A stretch of DNA of 64,000 nt, from assembly GCA_963709585.1 (NCBI GenBank), contig CAVPXI010000007.1:320001-384000 (forward strand). The letters are read 5' to 3'. Shown here piece after piece: positions 59,513 through 64,000 of the stretch. Each line of letters begins with the position of its first letter. The stretch's first letter is position 1. Below the pieces are notes generated by a model. It had not been told where the DNA came from, ran no database searches, and was given only the letters and a program-made list of their open reading frames with translations. The position numbers and the translations under genes are program-made. This DNA is from Candidatus Dormiibacterota bacterium (GTDB lineage Bacteria > Chloroflexota > Dormibacteria > Aeolococcales > Aeolococcaceae).

Positions 59513-61245
59513 CCGGCTGCGGCGGTCACCGCTCCAGCCACCGGCTGGCCGCTGAGCGTCACCGCCTGGGCGGGGCGCAGGTCACGCAAGCGAGCGCGGA
59601 CACGCTGCATGCCCTGGAAGCTGTCGAGCTCGAGCGCGAAGCAGGCGTCAACGAGCCTGCCCCTGGGCAGGTGGTCGGCGAGATTCGGTTTGTTGAAGGC
59701 GATCGCCTCGACGATGCCCGACCCGGTGGCGAGCGCGACCCTGACGTGCTGGCCGTCCGATCCGAAGGTCGACGTGCCGAGCACCCGGGCGCCGCGGACA
59801 GCGAGCAACGGCGCGGGGTTGCCCTGCCCGCTCGGCTCGAGTTGATCGAGCGCGTGGCACAGCTCGGGGGTCACGTCGATGCCCGAGATCTCACAGTCGA
59901 TGACGAAGTCGCGGCGGCGCTCGACACCCACGTTCTGCTCTCCAACCGATGCGGCGATGATGTCGCGGAACTCGTCGAAGCGTGAGGCCTCGAGGCTGAA
60001 ACCTGCCGCCGCCGCATGGCCGCCATAGCGGAGCAGCGAGGTGGCGGCCCCGTCGAGCGCTTTGACGATATGGACGCCTCCCGCGGAGCGCGCCGAGCCC
60101 TTGGCCTCGACGGGGTCGAGGCAGGCGATGAACGTGGGCCGCGCATAGCGTTCGGCAAGCCTCCCGGCAACGAGCCCGACGATGCCCATCGGCCACCCGG
60201 GGTCGCCGAGCACGATCGCCGGCGCGTCCTCGGCGATGTCGGCAACCTGTTCCTCGGCCTGAGCGAGGGCGACGGCGACCGCCTGCTGGCGCAGCCGGTT
60301 CTGGGTGTCGAGGTCGGCGGCGAGCCGCGTCGCCTCGTCGGGATCATCACAGAGGCAGAGTTCGAGCGCCAGGCGCGCGTCCTCCATCCGGCCCGCGGCG
60401 TTGATCCGCGGTCCCACCGCGAACGCGATATCCGTTCCTCGCGGGGGCGGGGCGATCCCCGCGACCTCGCAGAGCGCGCGAAGCCCGGGCAGATCGGCGA
60501 TCCGTGCCAGGCCATCGCGGACGATCACGCGGTTCTCGCCGCGCAGCGGCATCATGTCGGCGATCGTCCCGAGCGCGGCGAGCCCCAGTGACGCCTCGGT
60601 GCTGCCGGCAGGCACGACGCTGCGCAACTCCAACGCCTGGACGAGCTTGAACGCGACCCCGGCGCCGGCGAGCCCGTCGAACGCGTACTTCGAGCCCGGG
60701 AGCTTGGGGTTGACGAGCGCGTCGGCTGCAGCGAGTTGCGGCGGCGAGCCCCCGGGAGCGAGCGCCAGGTGATGGTCGGTGACCACCAGGCGCATGCTCG
60801 CGGGCCGGCCAAGCGCCGCGTCGACGCTGCTGGTGCCGCAGTCCACGGTGATCACGCATCGAGCGCCGCGCTCCGCCAGCTCGGTGAGCGCGGCTGCATG
60901 AAGCCCGTATCCCTCGGTCATGCGGTTGGGGATGTAGGGAATGACCGTCGCACCCGCCGCGCGCAGGCAGCGTGTGAGCATCGCGCAGGCGGTCACCCCG
61001 TCGGCGTCGTAGTCACCGTAGATGGCGATCGCGCCGCCTTCGTCGATGGTCGCCCGGATCGCAGCGACCGCCGGCTCCATCGCCGGCAGCCCGAACGGAT
61101 CGTGGTATCCCCCGCTGACGTCGAGGAAGGCGGTTGCGGCGTCGAGGTCGAAGCCGCGCGCCGCCAGGACCTGCCCGACCACCGGGTGCAGCCCGGCCAG
61201 CGGCTCGGCGTCGCTCAACCGCCAGCGACGCGGCGCCGGCTGCAC
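59509..61245 (-). CDS. recJ: Single-stranded-DNA-specific exonuclease RecJ
   Basis: GDYDADG, EGYGL, TVDCG, TDHH, GTIAD, PRINAAGR, GGHAAAAG. Confidence 0.95.
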   Translation of the reverse strand: MQPAPRRWRLSDAEPLAGLHPVVGQVLAARGFDLDAATAFLDVSGGYHDPFGLPAMEPAVAAIRATIDEGGAIAIYGDYDADGVTACAMLTRCLRAAGATVIPYIPNRMTEGYGLHAAALTELAERGARCVITVDCGTSSVDAALGRPASMRLVVTDHHLALAPGGSPPQLAAADALVNPKLPGSKYAFDGLAGAGVAFKLVQALELRSVVPAGSTEASLGLAALGTIADMMPLRGENRVIVRDGLARIADLPGLRALCEVAGIAPPPRGTDIAFAVGPRINAAGRMEDARLALELCLCDDPDEATRLAADLDTQNRLRQQAVAVALAQAEEQVADIAEDAPAIVLGDPGWPMGIVGLVAGRLAERYARPTFIACLDPVEAKGSARSAGGVHIVKALDGAATSLLRYGGHAAAAGFSLEASRFDEFRDIIAASVGEQNVGVERRRDFVIDCEISGIDVTPELCHALDQLEPSGQGNPAPLLAVRGARVLGTSTFGSDGQHVRVALATGSGIVEAIAFNKPNLADHLPRGRLVDACFALELDSFQGMQRVRARLRDLRPAQAVTLSGQPVAGAVTAAAG

Positions 61246-61255
61246 CGGCGAGCCC

Positions 61256-61918
61256 TCAGGCGCCCGAGACGGGAGGCGCCGGCGGCGATCCCGGCGCAGC
61301 CGAGGGCGCAGGCGCAGCCCCAGAGCCCTGCCCATACGTCGCGTTGGTGATCGCGCTGAAATCGACCTTCGGCGGCTCAGCGACCACCGCGCGCTGCGCA
61401 GCGTCGATCTGGAAGAACTCGGCGTTCTGGAAATGGAACATGTTGGCGATCACGTTCGACGGGAAGGACTGGATCCGGCGGTTGAACTGCTGGACGTTGG
61501 CGTTGTAGATCTGCCGCGAGGCCTGGATGCGGTCCTCGGTGTCGGACAGCGTCGCCTGGAGCTGGAGGAAGTTCTGGTTGGCCTTCAGCTCCGGGTAGTT
61601 CTCCGCCACCGCGAAGAGGTGACCGAGGGCCATCTGGAACGGGCCTTCGGCGGCGGCCGCGGCGGCCGGTCCCTGGGCCTGCAACCCGACCGAGCGCGCC
61701 TGGGCAACTTCCTCGAAGACCCCTCGCTCGTGGGCGGCATAGCCCTGCACCGTCGAGACGAGGTTGGGGATGAGGTCGTAGCGACGCTTGAGCTCGGTGT
61801 CGATGTCGGCCCAGGCGTTCTGCACCGCGTTGCGCTGAGAGACGAACCGGTTGTACGAGGCCACCGCGGCCAGCGCGATGACCACGATGATGACGAGGAC
61901 CACGATGAGGGCAATCAC
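61256..61918 (-). CDS. lemA: LemA family protein
   Basis: N-terminal TM, LKRRYDLIPNLV, ENYPELKAN, SFPSN. Confidence 0.93.
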   Translation of the reverse strand: MIALIVVLVIIVVIALAAVASYNRFVSQRNAVQNAWADIDTELKRRYDLIPNLVSTVQGYAAHERGVFEEVAQARSVGLQAQGPAAAAAAEGPFQMALGHLFAVAENYPELKANQNFLQLQATLSDTEDRIQASRQIYNANVQQFNRRIQSFPSNVIANMFHFQNAEFFQIDAAQRAVVAEPPKVDFSAITNATYGQGSGAAPAPSAAPGSPPAPPVSGA

Positions 61919-62000
61919 GAGCGTCTCCTTGGGAGCGGGGGATCGGGTGCGGGTCTAGAGTACCGCGCCGGAAGTGACGACCAAACGCCTGCGCCGGAGA

Positions 62001-62654
62001 TCAGGCGACGGTCCGGGCGCGCACCAGCGCGGGAATGCGCCGCTCGATCAGAACGGTCGCGTCGAAGATGGCGCCGATCTCGGCGACCGGACGGCGGTGC
62101 GCGTACACCATCAGGTAGGCCGGTCCGAACACCACGTGGTACCCATCATCGAGCCCGAGCAACGTCTCGATCATCTGCGCATCGATCAGCTCGACGGCGA
62201 ACGCGGCGTCGCTCGATTGCACGTCGAAGCGGTCGTTGAAGTCGATCGATTCGAACCGGATGCCCGGGGCACCGACCGACTTCTCAGCGAGAGTCCCGAT
62301 CGCGCCGCGCGGTGTCACGGTGACCTGCGGCGTCTGCACGCCGAGCACCGCGACGACGTTCGAGAAAGAGATCGTGTTCTGGTTCTTCCCGTCGGAGACC
62401 ACGTACGAGTAGTCGCAGTAGGTCACCGGGAAGCCGCCCCACGGTCCGCGCAGCACGTTGTGCCAGTAGCGGCGAGTGCCCTCACGGAAGAGCGAGAAAC
62501 CGCAATCGCCGAGATCCCAGTCATTGCCGATCACGGTCAGCCCGTGCGCACCCGCGAAGGTGGCGATGTCGCGTATGCGCTGCTGCCCGACGAAATACGA
62601 GACGAACCCGACCACCACGACGACGATGAAGAAGAGGACGAAGAGAACCATCAC
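62001..62654 (-). CDS. DUF3137-like membrane-anchored protein
   Basis: N-terminal TM; IRFESIDFNDRFDV; next to lemA. Confidence 0.7.
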   Translation of the reverse strand: MMVLFVLFFIVVVVVGFVSYFVGQQRIRDIATFAGAHGLTVIGNDWDLGDCGFSLFREGTRRYWHNVLRGPWGGFPVTYCDYSYVVSDGKNQNTISFSNVVAVLGVQTPQVTVTPRGAIGTLAEKSVGAPGIRFESIDFNDRFDVQSSDAAFAVELIDAQMIETLLGLDDGYHVVFGPAYLMVYAHRRPVAEIGAIFDATVLIERRIPALVRARTVA

Positions 62655-62670
62655 ACGTCTGAGCGAGGGC

Positions 62671-64000
62671 TCAGCCGTTCATGAGCTGGCGCAGCACGAG
62701 CGGGAGGATCCCGCCGTTGCGGAGGTACTCGACGTCGGTCTCGCTGTCGAGACGGGAGACGGTGTCGAACTCGATGTCTGCCTGTCCGGCGCGCCGCGCG
62801 CTCACGTGCACCGTCGAACCGGGCGACGCGCCCGCGACGCCACGAATCGTGTACAGCTCGGTGCCGTCGAGGTGGAGCGACTCGGCGCTCTCGCCGTCGC
62901 GGAACTGCAGCGGCAGAATGCCCATGCCCACCAGGTTGCTGCGGTGGATGCGCTCGTAGGACTCGGCGATCACGGCACGAACCCCCTGGAGCAGCGGGCC
63001 TTTCGCGGCCCAGTCCCGCGACGATCCGGAGCCGTACTCGCGCCCCGCGATCACGATCAGCGGGACGCCTTCCTGCTGATAGAGCGCTGACGCGTCGAAG
63101 ATGGTCATGACCGCGCCGTCCGGGAGGTGCGCCGTCCACCCACCCTCCTTGCCGTCGGCGAGCTGGTTGTGCAGGCGGATGTTCGCGAAGGTCCCGCGCA
63201 CCATCACGTCGTGGTTGCCGCGCCGCGCTCCGTAGGTGTTGAAGTCACGGGCCTCGACACCGTGCTCACGAAGGTACCCCGCCGCGGGGCTCACGCCGGA
63301 GATGCTTCCCGCCGGCGAGATGTGGTCGGTGGTGATCGAGTCGCCGAGCAACGCGAGCACGCGCGCGTCGATCACATCCGCCGGCGCCTGTGGCTCGGGT
63401 GACATGCCGACGAAGTACGGCGGTTCGCGAACGTACGTCGAGTCCGGGTCCCAGTCGAAGAGGCCACCGGCCGGTGACGGCAGCTGCTGCCAGTGCTCGT
63501 CGCCGTCGAAGATCCGCGCGTACTCCCGGGTGTAGAGGTCGCTCCCAATAGCGGCGCGCACGGTCTCGGTGATCTCGTCGGCACTCGGCCAGATTTCGCT
63601 GAGGAACACCGGACTCCCGTCATGTCCGGTCCCGAGCGAGTTGGTGGTGAGGTCGATGTCCAGGCGTCCCGCGAGCGCGTACGCGACCACGAGCGGTGGC
63701 GACGCAAGATATGCGGCGCGAACCTGGGGGTGAATCCTGCCTTCGAAGTTGCGGTTACCGCTGAGTACCGCGGCGACGGTGAGATCCTCGGCGTCGATGC
63801 GGTCCGCGACCGACTCGGGAAGCGGCCCGCTGTTGCCGATGCAGGTCGTGCAGCCGTAGCCGACCAGGTTGAAGCGGAGCTGCTCGAGGGAGCCGAGCAA
63901 TCCCGCTCGCTCGAGGTAATCGGTGACCACGCGCGATCCGGGCGCGAGCGAGGTCTTCACGTAGTCCGGAGGCATGAGACCGCGGGCGACGGCGTTGCGA
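62671..64000 (-). CDS. acnA: Aconitate hydratase A, C-terminal part
   Basis: GYGCTTCIGNSG, SGNRNFEGR, TTDHISPAG, YGSGSSRDWAAKG; 5' part outside window. Confidence 0.96.
   Translation of the reverse strand, partial: RNAVARGLMPPDYVKTSLAPGSRVVTDYLERAGLLGSLEQLRFNLVGYGCTTCIGNSGPLPESVADRIDAEDLTVAAVLSGNRNFEGRIHPQVRAAYLASPPLVVAYALAGRLDIDLTTNSLGTGHDGSPVFLSEIWPSADEITETVRAAIGSDLYTREYARIFDGDEHWQQLPSPAGGLFDWDPDSTYVREPPYFVGMSPEPQAPADVIDARVLALLGDSITTDHISPAGSISGVSPAAGYLREHGVEARDFNTYGARRGNHDVMVRGTFANIRLHNQLADGKEGGWTAHLPDGAVMTIFDASALYQQEGVPLIVIAGREYGSGSSRDWAAKGPLLQGVRAVIAESYERIHRSNLVGMGILPLQFRDGESAESLHLDGTELYTIRGVAGASPGSTVHVSARRAGQADIEFDTVSRLDSETDVEYLRNGGILPLVLRQLMNG

Noticed and set aside
1-64000. CRISPR array or cas genes
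   Set aside because: No regularly spaced 25-45 bp repeats with unique spacers and no cas-like ORFs.

Overview
High-GC bacterial chromosome segment in two parts. (1) Bases 1 to ~26,888 are an integrative defence island downstream of a tRNA-Gln(CTG) gene (26889-26963, minus strand). It holds a tyrosine integrase, an XRE regulator and a MobC-like gene in a ~3.5 kb mini-element, then a YaaC-like gene, a strongly structured ~200-nt candidate ncRNA and a YSDD reverse transcriptase. Further left are a BrnT / tandem-RHH-Panacea / TGT-like TIM-barrel operon, a DUF499-DUF1156-SNF2 restriction-like system with an extra nuclease, and an AdnAB-like helicase-nuclease pair. Degenerate copies of the tRNA-Gln 3' half at ~19617 and ~23398 split the island into att-bounded modules. 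(2) Bases ~27,000-64,000 are mostly housekeeping genes (otsA-like, aldehyde dehydrogenase, class II RNR with NrdR boxes, queC, rplY, AAA+/vWA pair, cobB-like, merR-merB, recJ, lemA, acnA) plus an orphan PrgI-CpaE fusion / VirB4-like pair. At least seven genes are broken by one duplicated base, which looks like long-read sequencing error. The best candidate for a new system is the YaaC + ncRNA + RT module at ~19.65-23.4 kb. All calls come from reading the sequence and recalling family motifs; no searches or folding programs were run.
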